Positions 17,185-27,997 of a DNA stretch of 64,000 nucleotides are shown one piece after another. The stretch lies in contig JABIFG010000272.1 in the NCBI GenBank assembly GCA_018650795.1, forward strand, positions 10,512 through 74,511, given 5' to 3'. The position numbers and the translations under genes were made by a program. How positions within the stretch are numbered: the first letter of the stretch is position 1; every line of letters starts with the position of its first letter. Below the pieces are notes generated by a model. That model ran no database searches, was not told where the DNA came from, and saw only the letters and a program-made list of their open reading frames with translations. The DNA is from Fidelibacterota bacterium. Lineage in GTDB: Bacteria; Fidelibacterota; UBA8477; JABMPR01.

Positions 17185-20052
17185 ATGAGTTTTTCAGAAT
17201 ATTTAAACGGTATTGGCCTTGGAACCTTTGTTTCCTTTGACTTGGAGACCACCGGACTCGACCCCAATGTTGATTTTGTGATTGAATTCGGAGCAGTTAA
17301 AGTTGTCGATGGTGTTGCTACAGAACGCTATCAGCAATTCATTAAACCTCCGGTCAGAATTCCCAAATTTATCACAAAACTCACGGGTATCACTGACGCA
17401 ATGGTTCAAGATTCACCCACTTTTGAAGAAGTGGTAGATGACCTGTATGATTTCCTGGGCAATCATCCTCTTGTTGCTCATAACATCTATTTTGATCATA
17501 ATTTTTTAAATGTTAAACGCGAAGCCATCGATGGCATACCCCTCAAGAATCAACGCATTGATACCTTGAGCCTGGTTCGAACCCTTAGATATGACATGAT
17601 CAATCACAAGCTGGGAACAGCAGCCGAGTTTTATGGCCTGTCCAAAGAGGGTGCCCATCGTGCTGATTATGATGCTGATATGGTTGCAGAAATCCTGCTC
17701 ATCCTCATTTCAGAGATGAAACGACTCCCACCTGATGTTCTGAAAGTTCTGGTTGATGTCATGCATGGCACAGATTTACCCAATGAACCTCTCTACAAGG
17801 CTATGCTGGAGTGGACTGCGACGGGACGGCCGATGGAGGAGTTGGATGAGTATCCCAGAATTGCCTTACCTCAGAAACCAAATATTCGCCATTCCACTGC
17901 GGATAGTGGCTATCCGGATCTGGATCAGATCTTTGCAGATGAAGGATTGTTGTCAGAACACCTCGAAGGCTATGAACCACGCGAAACCCAGGTTACTCTC
18001 GCGTATGATATTCAAGCTGCCATGCGGAATGATGAGTTTCTCATGGGTGAAGCAGGCACAGGTGTTGGAAAGAGTCTGGCCTACACTATTCCAGCAGTTC
18101 TTACCCGACATGAATTAAAAGAAGATGAACCTATTTTTATCAGTTGTAATACTAAAAACTTGCAGGATCAGTTATTTCACAAAGAAATTCCCTTTATCCA
18201 GGAGAAACTTGGATTGCCTGTGAGAGCTTTACTCTTGAAAGGCCGGAATAATTACATCTGCAAAACCAAATGGCAGAGAGCCATGCGTGATATCAGTTGG
18301 AGGTTTAGTCGTCGTGAGAAGGAAGCTCTTCAAACCTTGGTAGTTTGGGCTCACGAAACACCTACGGGAGATATCGACGAACACAATGGTTTTCATACTA
18401 TTGGAAATGCACTAGTTTGGTCTAAGCTGAATAGTGAACCCGGATTTTGTACAACCAACGTCTGTTCCCACAATGATTTTTGTTATCTCGGCAAATTGCG
18501 TCAGGAATCAGCTAAAGCCGATATTGTGGTTGTGAATCACTCACTGCTATTGGCCGATGCTGCTGCAGACCATGCTATTTTACCTCGCTATCAAAGACTA
18601 ATTGTTGACGAAGCCCACCTGCTTGAGAAAACAGCCTATCAGTTTTTTGCAGCAGAGTTTTCATATAAGAGCCTGCGTGTCCAGATGGATCAGTTGTTTT
18701 ATAAAGGGCGTAGCAAAAGTGGTATGTCTATTGAGCTTCGACACCTCCTGGTACCCATTGATGAGAAGCAAAAAATAGGAATTACAGGTCAATTGGATCA
18801 GCTCGAAACTGATATTAAAGAATTTGATAAAACCTTGCTGGCCTTCTTTACAGAATTCAAGGCAACCAGACAACGCGATATCGAACGAGCAACCTTTACA
18901 TACAAGGAGTTGTATACTGCTGAGAAGGATCCATTTGCTCCTGTACGTGGAATCTGGTACTCCGTCATCACCAGCTTGACCTCCTTAAGCAACCTGGTCC
19001 GAGACGTAGAAAAGTCTCTGGATGATCTGGAAGATGATACTCTGCCAGGACTTGCAGAAATTAGTTCAAGGTTTCAATCCTGGCGTGAGATGATGGTACA
19101 AACTCTGGCTGTCATGGATAAACAAGCTGCGGCTGATGACCCAGATTTGATCTATTGGTTTGAGATTTTGCCCAAGAGTGAAGTGGTGGCCGTGAAATTT
19201 GTCCAGGTGCCACTCGAGATTGGCAAGCAAATGCAGGAACGAGTCTATGAAGATCTAGCCTGTGCAATTTTCACATCAGGCACCCTCAACATAGATGGAA
19301 GTTTTAGTTACCTCAAACAGCGCCTGGGATTGAGGGGTCATGACCGTCTGAAAGAAATGACCTATCCATCACCCTTTTTCTATGAGGATCAGGCCAGAAT
19401 ATTCGTACCCACCTTTATGGGACCCCAAAACGCTGAAAATTATACCATCGAAGTGCTATTTCTGCTGGAAAAAATATGGAAAACCCATCCTGTGGGCACC
19501 ATGATATTATTTACAAGCTATACTATGTTGCTAAACTGGCAGGAGGAACTAGAAGACCGTATCAAAGGGTCTGGACGTCGTCTATTGGTCCAATCAAGTC
19601 GTGTATCCAGAATGGATTTGATCAATCAGTTCAGGAAATATCCTGACAGTATACTTCTGGCCACGGATAGTTTCTGGCAAGGAGTGGATATTAGGGGAGA
19701 TGCCCTCCAATTGTTGGTTATTGCAAAATTACCCTTCCTGGTTCCGTCTGATCCCATTGTCAGAGCTAACAGCGATGCACTAAAGGCAGCCGGTGAGAAT
19801 GACTTCATGGGCTATAGCGTCCCCGAGGCAGCCATTAAGTACAAACAGGGTGTTGGTCGACTTATCCGAAGTACATCTGATTTTGGTGCTATCCTTTCAT
19901 TGGACGAGCGAATATTCACAAAGCGATATGGTGATTATTTCCGTAATTCTACACCCATACCACATGTTCCAGCCAACTCAGAAAGAGAATTGGTTGATTC
20001 CATACGTGCTTGGTACAGATCGCATGGAATAGCAGATGCCAATACAAACTAA
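17185..20052 (+). CDS. dinG: DnaQ-type 3'-5' exonuclease fused to DinG-family helicase
   Basis: DLETTG...HRADYD (DEDDh), EAGTGVGKS, VDEAH, QGVGRLIR, four Cys consistent with an Fe-S cluster. Confidence 0.88.
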   Translation: MSFSEYLNGIGLGTFVSFDLETTGLDPNVDFVIEFGAVKVVDGVATERYQQFIKPPVRIPKFITKLTGITDAMVQDSPTFEEVVDDLYDFLGNHPLVAHNIYFDHNFLNVKREAIDGIPLKNQRIDTLSLVRTLRYDMINHKLGTAAEFYGLSKEGAHRADYDADMVAEILLILISEMKRLPPDVLKVLVDVMHGTDLPNEPLYKAMLEWTATGRPMEELDEYPRIALPQKPNIRHSTADSGYPDLDQIFADEGLLSEHLEGYEPRETQVTLAYDIQAAMRNDEFLMGEAGTGVGKSLAYTIPAVLTRHELKEDEPIFISCNTKNLQDQLFHKEIPFIQEKLGLPVRALLLKGRNNYICKTKWQRAMRDISWRFSRREKEALQTLVVWAHETPTGDIDEHNGFHTIGNALVWSKLNSEPGFCTTNVCSHNDFCYLGKLRQESAKADIVVVNHSLLLADAAADHAILPRYQRLIVDEAHLLEKTAYQFFAAEFSYKSLRVQMDQLFYKGRSKSGMSIELRHLLVPIDEKQKIGITGQLDQLETDIKEFDKTLLAFFTEFKATRQRDIERATFTYKELYTAEKDPFAPVRGIWYSVITSLTSLSNLVRDVEKSLDDLEDDTLPGLAEISSRFQSWREMMVQTLAVMDKQAAADDPDLIYWFEILPKSEVVAVKFVQVPLEIGKQMQERVYEDLACAIFTSGTLNIDGSFSYLKQRLGLRGHDRLKEMTYPSPFFYEDQARIFVPTFMGPQNAENYTIEVLFLLEKIWKTHPVGTMILFTSYTMLLNWQEELEDRIKGSGRRLLVQSSRVSRMDLINQFRKYPDSILLATDSFWQGVDIRGDALQLLVIAKLPFLVPSDPIVRANSDALKAAGENDFMGYSVPEAAIKYKQGVGRLIRSTSDFGAILSLDERIFTKRYGDYFRNSTPIPHVPANSERELVDSIRAWYRSHGIADANTN

Positions 20053-20064
20053 AGTGAGACGAAT

Positions 20065-21588
20065 ATGATTATAGATGGTAACTCATTGTCGCTTCAAGGG
20101 ATATTTGAAGAGCTCAAATCCCCGACAAAATTATCACTTAACTCAGAATCGGTGCAACTTGTGCGAAAATCACGTGAAGTTGTGGAACACATATTGGAGA
20201 CTGGGGACACCGTATATGGAGTAAATACGGGCTTTGGGAAGCTTGCCAATCAAAGAATTTCCAGTGAAAATTTACGTCAACTCCAAGTAAACCTGCTGAG
20301 AAGCCATGCTGCCGGCACCGGGGGATATCTATCCCAAAAGACCGTTAGATTAATTCTGCTCCTCAAAATCAATAGTCTGCTAAGAGGGTATTCAGGCATC
20401 AGACTCGAAGTCATTGAAGCATTGATCAACCTGTACAATAATAATCTCACTCCCGCTGTCAGAGAAAGAGGTAGCGTAGGAGCCAGTGGTGATTTAGCAC
20501 CCCTTGCTGATCTGGCATTACCCCTCATTGGGGAAGGTCAGTTTCTCATGGATGATGATACGCTTCAACCAGCATCGGAAATATTAAAACGACACAAGCT
20601 TCAAGTGGTCGAATTAAAAGAAAAAGAAGGTCTTTCTCTCATTAATGGCACTCAGGTGAGTACTGCCCTGGCAATTGAATCCCTGGAGAAGATCAGAGAT
20701 CTCTTTTTCACGATCTCAGCCACAGGTGCTTTTAGTACCGAAGTCATGCTCGGTACTGACACTGCATTCAGAAAAGAAATTCAGAAGGCTCGCAACCAAC
20801 CAGGTCAAATCTATGCCGGAGAATTATTGTATAGTCTAATGGCCAACAGTGGGTACCGAGATGCTCATCTTGATTGTGACAGAGTTCAGGATTTCTACAG
20901 TATTCGTTGCATGCCTCAAGTCCATGGATCATTATATGATTTGATCCAACATGCAGAAAGAATTTTGACCCAGGAAGCTAATAGTACTACTGATAATCCG
21001 GTGACCTTGATTGATGAGAATGTGATTGTGTCAGGTGGTAATTTTCATGCTGCACCCATTGCACATACCATGGATTATCTGGCTATTGCCCTCTCAGATG
21101 TTGTTGCAATGAGTGAACGTCGAATAGCCGCTTTTCAGGAAACGAGTCAAAGCAATTTACCCATGTTTCTCATGCAGGAGGCTGGCCTAAACTCAGGGTT
21201 TATGATTGCCCATGTAACAGCAGCTGCCCTGGCCAGTGAGAACAAGTCATTGAGCCATCCTGCTTCTGTGGATTCCATCCCTACCTCTGCCAATCAGGAA
21301 GATCATGTAAGTATGGCCCCCAATGCAGGTCATCAACTCAGACAAGTCGTATCAAATAGCTCAAGAATTATTGCCATTGAGCTGATGTGCGCCGCTCAGG
21401 CCAAGGATCTAAATCCACAGTATCATCTCGCACCTGCCAGTAAGGCCATTTACAATTTAATTCGCTTAGAAGTGCCATATCTGGAGGTAGACGGTCCCTT
21501 GAGTGCTCACATTGAATCAATTCATCAAATTGTTTCCTCAGGGGCGATTGCAGAAATTGTAGCCAAACATTTGGAGGAGCAATCATGA
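20065..21588 (+). CDS. hutH: Histidine ammonia-lyase
   Basis: VYGVNTGFG, RSHA (HAL-type SH), MIO-forming GASGDLAPL, NQEDHVSM. Confidence 0.92.
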   Translation: MIIDGNSLSLQGIFEELKSPTKLSLNSESVQLVRKSREVVEHILETGDTVYGVNTGFGKLANQRISSENLRQLQVNLLRSHAAGTGGYLSQKTVRLILLLKINSLLRGYSGIRLEVIEALINLYNNNLTPAVRERGSVGASGDLAPLADLALPLIGEGQFLMDDDTLQPASEILKRHKLQVVELKEKEGLSLINGTQVSTALAIESLEKIRDLFFTISATGAFSTEVMLGTDTAFRKEIQKARNQPGQIYAGELLYSLMANSGYRDAHLDCDRVQDFYSIRCMPQVHGSLYDLIQHAERILTQEANSTTDNPVTLIDENVIVSGGNFHAAPIAHTMDYLAIALSDVVAMSERRIAAFQETSQSNLPMFLMQEAGLNSGFMIAHVTAAALASENKSLSHPASVDSIPTSANQEDHVSMAPNAGHQLRQVVSNSSRIIAIELMCAAQAKDLNPQYHLAPASKAIYNLIRLEVPYLEVDGPLSAHIESIHQIVSSGAIAEIVAKHLEEQS

Positions 21589-22115
21589 TGAGCAATGTAA
21601 AATTGATAGTTCTGCCATTTCTGGTGTTACTTTTTATTACCTGTGCTTCAGAATCAGTAAATTATGACTTGCCAAGTGCAGGTACAATTGAAGCACCGAA
21701 ATGGGTAGCCACACACAGGGCTGTTAGAGATACGATTTTCATAATTATACATTTGCCTGAGGATCATTCACTCGATATGGACGAATCTGTCCAGAAGGCT
21801 CAATCAGAACTGCACACTTTATTGATGAGTGAAATCGAACTTATTCTACGTGATTATTGGGAAGAAAAACAGATTTATTATACTGATAAAGAGAAATTTC
21901 ACCTCTTATCAGGACTTCCCATTACACTTGAGCAAATCATGAATCATGTAGATGTGACAGATGGTTGGGAGCGAAACGGTGAAGTTTCAATCTTATGTGC
22001 CATGGACTATGAAGAGGTTGCTGAGGTTCTCATTCAGGAAATGGAAATTGAAGATCGTGCTTTCCTGTCATATCTGAAGAGAAGAATGGACGATCTTGCT
22101 CAGCGCTATCGATAG
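21585..22115 (+). CDS. Hypothetical protein, possible lipoprotein
   Basis: Hydrophobic N-terminus ending LLFITC; tightly coupled to neighbours. Confidence 0.6.
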   Translation: MMSNVKLIVLPFLVLLFITCASESVNYDLPSAGTIEAPKWVATHRAVRDTIFIIIHLPEDHSLDMDESVQKAQSELHTLLMSEIELILRDYWEEKQIYYTDKEKFHLLSGLPITLEQIMNHVDVTDGWERNGEVSILCAMDYEEVAEVLIQEMEIEDRAFLSYLKRRMDDLAQRYR

Positions 22116-22123
22116 GACATCAA

Positions 22124-23095
22124 ATGAGATTTGTTGACTATGTAAAGATTAAAGTCATCCCTGGAAAAGGTGGGGATGGTATTATTGCTTTTCGTCGAGA
22201 AAAGTTTGTCCCTAAAGGGGGGCCTGCCGGTGGGAACGGTGGCAGAGGTGGCAGCATCATCCTCAAGGTGGATACACAACTTCATACACTCCAGGATATA
22301 CGGTATCATCGCATCTATAAGGCCAACCGGGGTAAACATGGTGAAGGCAGTCTCCGTCACGGTAAAAAGGGTGAAGATATTATAGTCAAAGTTCCGGCTG
22401 GTACCATTGTGAAGGATTTGCACAATGGAGAAGTAGTAGCCGATTTGCAGATTGATGGTGAATCAGTTGTTGTTGCCAGGGGTGGGCGAGGTGGCCGTGG
22501 CAATGCAGAATTCGCGACCCCTACACATCAGGCACCTCGTGAGTTTGAGTATGGTCGTGAGGGGCGTGAACATGAGTTGGAACTCGAGTTAAAGGTGCTG
22601 GCTGATGTTGGACTAGTGGGCTTTCCAAATGCTGGCAAATCTACCCTGCTCTCAAGGGTGTCCAGAGCCAAACCCAAGATTGCAGATTATCCATTTACTA
22701 CTTTAACACCAAATCTTGGAATTGTAAAGTCTGGTGCCTATTCAAGCTTCGTTATGGCTGATATTCCGGGTCTCATTGAGGGTGCTCATGAAGGCAAAGG
22801 CTTGGGAACTCAATTTCTGAAACATGTCGAAAGGTGTAGTGTTCTGTTGTTTCTGGTAGATGCCAACGATGAAGATCCTGCAGAATCATATCGACTTCTA
22901 TTTCAGGAAGTGCAAAAGTACAGCCCTGGATTGATACAACGCAAAAGATTACTTGCAATCACCAAGATGGACTCCTTTGTGGGAGTACCCAAGATGTCAA
23001 CCTTTGAACCCATCGAACTTTTTCCCATCTCCTCTGTTTCCGGAGAAGGACTTGAGAATCTGATAAAAGCACTAACCACAAGCATTAGTGAATAA
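22124..23095 (+). CDS. obgE: GTPase ObgE/CgtA
   Basis: Gly-rich Obg domain FRREKFVPKGGP, GFPNAGKS, YPFTT, DIPG, TKMD. Confidence 0.97.
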   Translation: MRFVDYVKIKVIPGKGGDGIIAFRREKFVPKGGPAGGNGGRGGSIILKVDTQLHTLQDIRYHRIYKANRGKHGEGSLRHGKKGEDIIVKVPAGTIVKDLHNGEVVADLQIDGESVVVARGGRGGRGNAEFATPTHQAPREFEYGREGREHELELELKVLADVGLVGFPNAGKSTLLSRVSRAKPKIADYPFTTLTPNLGIVKSGAYSSFVMADIPGLIEGAHEGKGLGTQFLKHVERCSVLLFLVDANDEDPAESYRLLFQEVQKYSPGLIQRKRLLAITKMDSFVGVPKMSTFEPIELFPISSVSGEGLENLIKALTTSISE

Positions 23096-24185
23096 AAAAC
23101 TTTTCAATATTATCAGGATGCTTAGCATCACTGGAGTCGGCCCCCGTAAAACGCTGGACCTCATTTCAGAATTCGGGTCACTCGAAAATATTTTTTCCGC
23201 CAGTTACCAGGCGCTTACTAGAATCCCAGGAATTAAAGACAAAATCGCCCGGTCGATATTGAATGATCCAGATGAGGAACTGGTTGCTGGACAGGCCAAG
23301 TTGATTGAGAAATTCCAGGTGAAAATGGTGACATTGTGGGACGAGTCATATCCTAGACAATTGAAACAATTATATGATCCACCCATCGCTCTGTTTTGCA
23401 GAGGAAATACTGACCTTCTGGCATCTGACAGTATTGGAATGGTCGGAACCAGAACTCCCACCGCTTACGGTAAGGAAATATCAAAAGATTTCAGCAGAGA
23501 GCTAGCTCAACGAGGCCTGACAATTGTATCAGGTGCTGCCAAAGGCGTTGATACTTATGCTCACGAGGCATGCCTAAAAGCCAGTGGGAAGACTATCGCC
23601 GTTCTGGGAAATGGTGTCGATAGGGTTTATCCAGCTGAGAATCGACTACTATTTGAAAGAATATCAGAACAGGGACTGTTGATTTCAGAATTTCTCATGG
23701 GTAGCAAACCGGATGCTCAGAATTTTCCACGCCGAAATCGTATCATCTCAGGACTCAGCCTGGGGAGTATCGTCATTGAAGCTGCTGAACGCAGTGGCTC
23801 CTTAATCACAGCCTATTTTGCACTGGATCAAAACCGCGAGGTCTTTTCGGTTCCAGGACCAATCAATAGTCGGCAAAGTCGCGGAACCAACCTATTAATC
23901 AAGCAGGGAGCAAAACTGGTTGAAAGCGTTGAGGACATCCTGGAGGAGCTGGGTGGGAAATACAAAATGGGAAGCTCCCAGGGCCAACAGGAGTTGCTGA
24001 TAGCCGCCGATCCAATTGAAGCATCATTGCTTGAACACCTTACTGAAGGTGAAGAGATTCACATTGATGATTTGTCAACACTGGCAGGACAAACTACTTT
24101 TGCACTTCTGGGTACATTGCTTCAACTGGAAATGAAGGGAATTATTCAACAACTACCTGGCAAATATTTTAAACGAAGATTTTGA
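23088..24185 (+). CDS. dprA: DNA processing protein DprA
   Basis: VGTR, VSGAAKGVD, FPRRNRIISGLS, SGSLITA, C-terminal LLQLEMKG winged helix. Confidence 0.95.
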   Translation: MNKKLFNIIRMLSITGVGPRKTLDLISEFGSLENIFSASYQALTRIPGIKDKIARSILNDPDEELVAGQAKLIEKFQVKMVTLWDESYPRQLKQLYDPPIALFCRGNTDLLASDSIGMVGTRTPTAYGKEISKDFSRELAQRGLTIVSGAAKGVDTYAHEACLKASGKTIAVLGNGVDRVYPAENRLLFERISEQGLLISEFLMGSKPDAQNFPRRNRIISGLSLGSIVIEAAERSGSLITAYFALDQNREVFSVPGPINSRQSRGTNLLIKQGAKLVESVEDILEELGGKYKMGSSQGQQELLIAADPIEASLLEHLTEGEEIHIDDLSTLAGQTTFALLGTLLQLEMKGIIQQLPGKYFKRRF

Positions 24186-24202
24186 AATAAAGGAATATCA
24201 CC

Positions 24203-25498
24203 ATGATCTCGAGTCTGATCGACTATTTAAATCAAAGTGTCACAGCATTCCATGCTGTATTGGCAGCTGAAGAGACGCTCCAATCCAGTGGCTTTATCAG
24301 ATTGGATGAAAAGGAAGCCTGGGATTTAAAACCCAATTCAAAGTATTATGTTATTCGTAGTGAATCAGCACTGGCAGCCTGGCAGATGGGTAATGGGGAT
24401 GCAAGCGGCGTCCGTCTTCTTGGTGCCCATACCGACTCTCCAGGTTTACATTTAAAACCGCAAGCTCAATATTCTAAAAGTGGCTATGTACAACTTGGCG
24501 TTGAGGTGTATGGCGGTCCGCTCCTGGCAAGCTGGACTGATCGTGACCTTTCTTTAGCTGGTAGGGTTATTCTAAAACAGAATGGCAAACTCAAAGTAGT
24601 ACCTTTCAAGTCTGATAAAGTTCTGCTAAGGGTACCCCAGCTGGCTATTCACTTGAATAGAGAGGTTAATGAAAAGGGGCTAAAGCTGAATAAGCAAACT
24701 CATATGCCTCCAATTCTAGCTCTTGAAAGCAATGATGGCTCATCGGTAGACTCAGGGTTGATAGAAGATCTCATTGCAGATACCTTGAATGTTGGACGCG
24801 ATGAAATAGCGAATTGGCAACTGGAATGTTATGATACCCAGCCAGCTACCCGCAGTGGTTTAAATGATGAATTTATTGTGAGTGGCAGATTAGATAATCT
24901 GACCATGTGTCATGCAGCCATCCAGGCACTTACAGCAAATCCAATCGCGGCTACACAAACAGCTATGATAGCCCTTTTTGACAACGAGGAAATTGGCAGC
25001 TCAACAGAAAATGGTGCTGCTTCGGCCTTTATTCGTGACATCATCACACGGGTAGTCAGTTCCAACGGCTCCAATCATCTCACGCAACGAGCCCTCGCAA
25101 ATAGTGCCTGTATTTCTGCAGATGGTGCCCATGCCATTCATCCAAATTATACTGAGTTCCATGACCCACAGCATGCGGTTAAAATGGGTCAAGGACCGGT
25201 TATCAAGGTGAATGCTAATCATCGTTATGCCACTAGCGCGTTTACTTCAACTATCTTTGAACAATTATGTAAAGATGTGGATGTTCCATTTCAGCATTAT
25301 GTGCACAAAACAGATTTACCATGTGGTTCTACTATCGGACCCATTACTGCAACAGGTTTAGGTATCCCTGTTGTCGATGTGGGGAATGCCATGCTCTCCA
25401 TGCACTCCATTCGTGAGACTGCTGGAGTTAAAGATCATGAAATGATGATTAAAGTACTGGACAGATTTTTCACTAAAGTTGATTTGGAAGCGGTCTGA
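24203..25498 (+). CDS. M18 family (aspartyl) aminopeptidase
   Basis: GAHTDSP, WTDRDL, RLDN, NEEIGS, CGSTIGP, SMHSIRE. Confidence 0.92.
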   Translation: MISSLIDYLNQSVTAFHAVLAAEETLQSSGFIRLDEKEAWDLKPNSKYYVIRSESALAAWQMGNGDASGVRLLGAHTDSPGLHLKPQAQYSKSGYVQLGVEVYGGPLLASWTDRDLSLAGRVILKQNGKLKVVPFKSDKVLLRVPQLAIHLNREVNEKGLKLNKQTHMPPILALESNDGSSVDSGLIEDLIADTLNVGRDEIANWQLECYDTQPATRSGLNDEFIVSGRLDNLTMCHAAIQALTANPIAATQTAMIALFDNEEIGSSTENGAASAFIRDIITRVVSSNGSNHLTQRALANSACISADGAHAIHPNYTEFHDPQHAVKMGQGPVIKVNANHRYATSAFTSTIFEQLCKDVDVPFQHYVHKTDLPCGSTIGPITATGLGIPVVDVGNAMLSMHSIRETAGVKDHEMMIKVLDRFFTKVDLEAV

Positions 25499-25656
25499 AA
25501 ACCAGATTAACTAAATCAGCTACAATGTCGAGATATGTAGCAGTTTGTTTTGTTACAGATGGATATTGACGTTGGAATAATAAGATCAAATCAGACTTCC
25601 TTCACCCCTGATAATTGATACATTATTCTGCTTTTTTTATGAGTGTTAAGCATCGT

Positions 25657-25793
25657 CTGATCTTGAAGATGCGTTGTGCTTTCAGGTCCTGCAATGAAAG
25701 CGAGCCGAACCCCGTCAGATCCGGAAGGAAGCAGCGGTAAGCATTGTAATCGTGTGTCGGATTCCCCTGAGGCACGCGCATCTTTGAGATCAG
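25657..25793 (+). ncRNA. ffs: Signal recognition particle RNA (small type)
   Basis: Helix-8 motif CCGTCAGATCCGGAAGGAAGCAGCGG at 25712-25737, long closing stem, canonical position upstream of dnaX. Ends are estimated from the stem. Confidence 0.92.
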
Positions 25794-25826
25794 CTATTTA
25801 TTCAACCAACTGGAAAGTCAACTATC

Positions 25827-27629
25827 GTGTCTGATCAAGAGTCTGCATACATTGTTTCCTCGCTAAAATATCGTCCTCAAACGTTTGAGGATGTGGTTGG
25901 ACAGGATCATGTTTCCAGAACTCTGAGAAATGCACTTCTCAGGCATAGGTTAGCCAATGGTTATATATTCACAGGTCCTCGGGGCGTAGGGAAAACCACT
26001 TCAGCTAGAATTCTTGCCAAGGCAATTAATTGTGAAAATCCACATGATGGCAACCCCTGCAATACCTGCAACCATTGCATCGAGATAACTGCCGGTCGTA
26101 GCCTGGATGTGCTGGAAGTCGATGGAGCATCAACGCGGGGTATAGATGCAATCAGAGAATTACGAGAAGTGGTTAAATACCCACCCACGAATTCCAATTA
26201 CCGCGTCTATATAATAGATGAAGTCCATATGCTCACCAAGGAAGCCTTTAATGCGCTTCTAAAAACACTTGAAGAGCCACCACCCCAGGTACTGTTTATT
26301 TTCGCTACGACTGAGCCCCAAAAAGTACCACTTACTATTCTTTCACGGTGTCAGCGCTATGATTTTCGTATGATTTCAACGGAAACCATGGTGGCTCGCT
26401 TGCAAATGATTAGTGAAAAAGAGGGCATTTCAATTTCCGAAGAAGGTTTGGCGCTCATTGCACGCAAAGCTGCCGGAAGTTTACGAGATTCACTAAGCCT
26501 TCTTGATCAGGTCTCTGCGTTTGCTGAAGATGAAGCATCCATTGACCTTGTCAGAAGAGTTTTGGGTGTCCTGGATGCTACGATTTATTTCGAATTGATG
26601 CATAATGTGGCCAGTCAAGCTGCTGATAACTTAATGAATCAGGCCAACATGCTCTTTTCAAGAGGCATAAGCATATCGGAGTTTTTGCAAGGTCTCAGTG
26701 AACATATAAGAAATCTTCTCATCGTCAAAGTGGCTGGTATTACCGATTATCTCGATGTATCTGATTCAGATGCGAAAGCTCTCAAGGAACAAATAGCTTA
26801 TCTGGAAGAACGTGATCTATTACGCATGCAAAACATTGTCCTGGAAACGATTCGTGAGCAGCGTTTTGTGAGTAATCAGCTGGTTTCGGTTGAGCTTATG
26901 TTGTTAAAACTGGTTAGAAGTACTCGTGCGTTGGACCTTGATGCTATTCTTACCGGGAAAAGTGCACCGGCAGTGGTAGCGCCCAAGGTTGCTCCTCCAC
27001 AAATAACACCTCCACCAAGCAAAGCTGATTTGCCAGAGCAAAAGGCAGTATCTCAACCGACACCTACGCCCGTGCAAGAAGCTGAAAATGTTCCTGAACC
27101 AAAGACTGAGCCACTTCCTGAAGAGAAACCTGAGCCTGTCCAGGATGAGGTTATAAAATCTGAGCTGGTCACTGAACCAGAACCGGAAGTAATCGAAGAG
27201 GTCGTTCCTGAGCCGCTCCCTGCACCCGAAGAACCATCGGTTGCTGAGAGTGATCCATCTGAAGATCAAGATGCCAGTGTTATGAGGGTTGAAGAACTTT
27301 TACCACATTGGGAGAAATTCATAGAAACTTTGGGAAAGATTAGCCAATCTACTAGCGCATTTATGAGTGAGGGAACACCAGCAAGTTTTGAAAAAGGGCG
27401 CCTGACCGTTTCATTTGCGCCTGAACAAAAATATCATATTCAAAAATTGAGTAAAAATACAGATGAAATTCATAAAATTGCTTCAGAAGTATTTGGAACA
27501 AAAATGACTATTGTGCTATTAGAAGAAAATGGTCGAAAACCAAAACCAAGAAAAGAAGATGAAATTCTGGCTCATCCAACATCTCAACATCTCCTGGATA
27601 TATTTGATGGTGAGATCATCGATGAGTAG
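25827..27629 (+). CDS. dnaX: DNA polymerase III subunit gamma/tau
   Basis: KYRPQTF, GPRGVGKT, Zn-binding Cys, IIDEVHML, SRC, Pro/Glu-rich linker. Confidence 0.96.
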   Translation: MSDQESAYIVSSLKYRPQTFEDVVGQDHVSRTLRNALLRHRLANGYIFTGPRGVGKTTSARILAKAINCENPHDGNPCNTCNHCIEITAGRSLDVLEVDGASTRGIDAIRELREVVKYPPTNSNYRVYIIDEVHMLTKEAFNALLKTLEEPPPQVLFIFATTEPQKVPLTILSRCQRYDFRMISTETMVARLQMISEKEGISISEEGLALIARKAAGSLRDSLSLLDQVSAFAEDEASIDLVRRVLGVLDATIYFELMHNVASQAADNLMNQANMLFSRGISISEFLQGLSEHIRNLLIVKVAGITDYLDVSDSDAKALKEQIAYLEERDLLRMQNIVLETIREQRFVSNQLVSVELMLLKLVRSTRALDLDAILTGKSAPAVVAPKVAPPQITPPPSKADLPEQKAVSQPTPTPVQEAENVPEPKTEPLPEEKPEPVQDEVIKSELVTEPEPEVIEEVVPEPLPAPEEPSVAESDPSEDQDASVMRVEELLPHWEKFIETLGKISQSTSAFMSEGTPASFEKGRLTVSFAPEQKYHIQKLSKNTDEIHKIASEVFGTKMTIVLLEENGRKPKPRKEDEILAHPTSQHLLDIFDGEIIDE

Positions 27630-27658
27630 AGTTTGAACTCGTATAGGAGAAAACTCCA

Positions 27659-27997
27659 ATGATGCCAAAAGGCGGAATGGGTAACCTTTTAAAACAAGCC
27701 CAAAAGATGCAAAAAGATATGGAAATCGCTCAGAATGAGCTGGCCGCCATTGAAGTGGAAGGATCTGCTGGTGGTGGCATGGTCAGTGTGAAAGCCAACG
27801 CAAAGATGCAGATTTTAGCCATTAAAATCGAGCCAGATGTTCTTGAGGATGATGTAGATATGGTTGAGGATCTCGTGCTTGCCGCAGTGAATCAAGCTCT
27901 GACAAATGCCCAGGATGCAGCCAACTCAAGAATGTCACAGGTTACAGGTGGCATGATGGGTGGCATGGGTGGACTCAATATTCCTGGACTTGGATGA
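27659..27997 (+). CDS. ybaB: YbaB/EbfC nucleoid-associated protein
   Basis: [24 protein letters not shown]; dnaX-ybaB-recR order. Confidence 0.93.
   Translation: MMPKGGMGNLLKQAQKMQKDMEIAQNELAAIEVEGSAGGGMVSVKANAKMQILAIKIEPDVLEDDVDMVEDLVLAAVNQALTNAQDAANSRMSQVTGGMMGGMGGLNIPGLG

Noticed and set aside
26950..27420. dnaX programmed -1 frameshift or repeat element
   Set aside because: No in-frame A AAA AAG slippery site with stem-loop seen; the Pro/Glu-rich linker is ordinary for tau.
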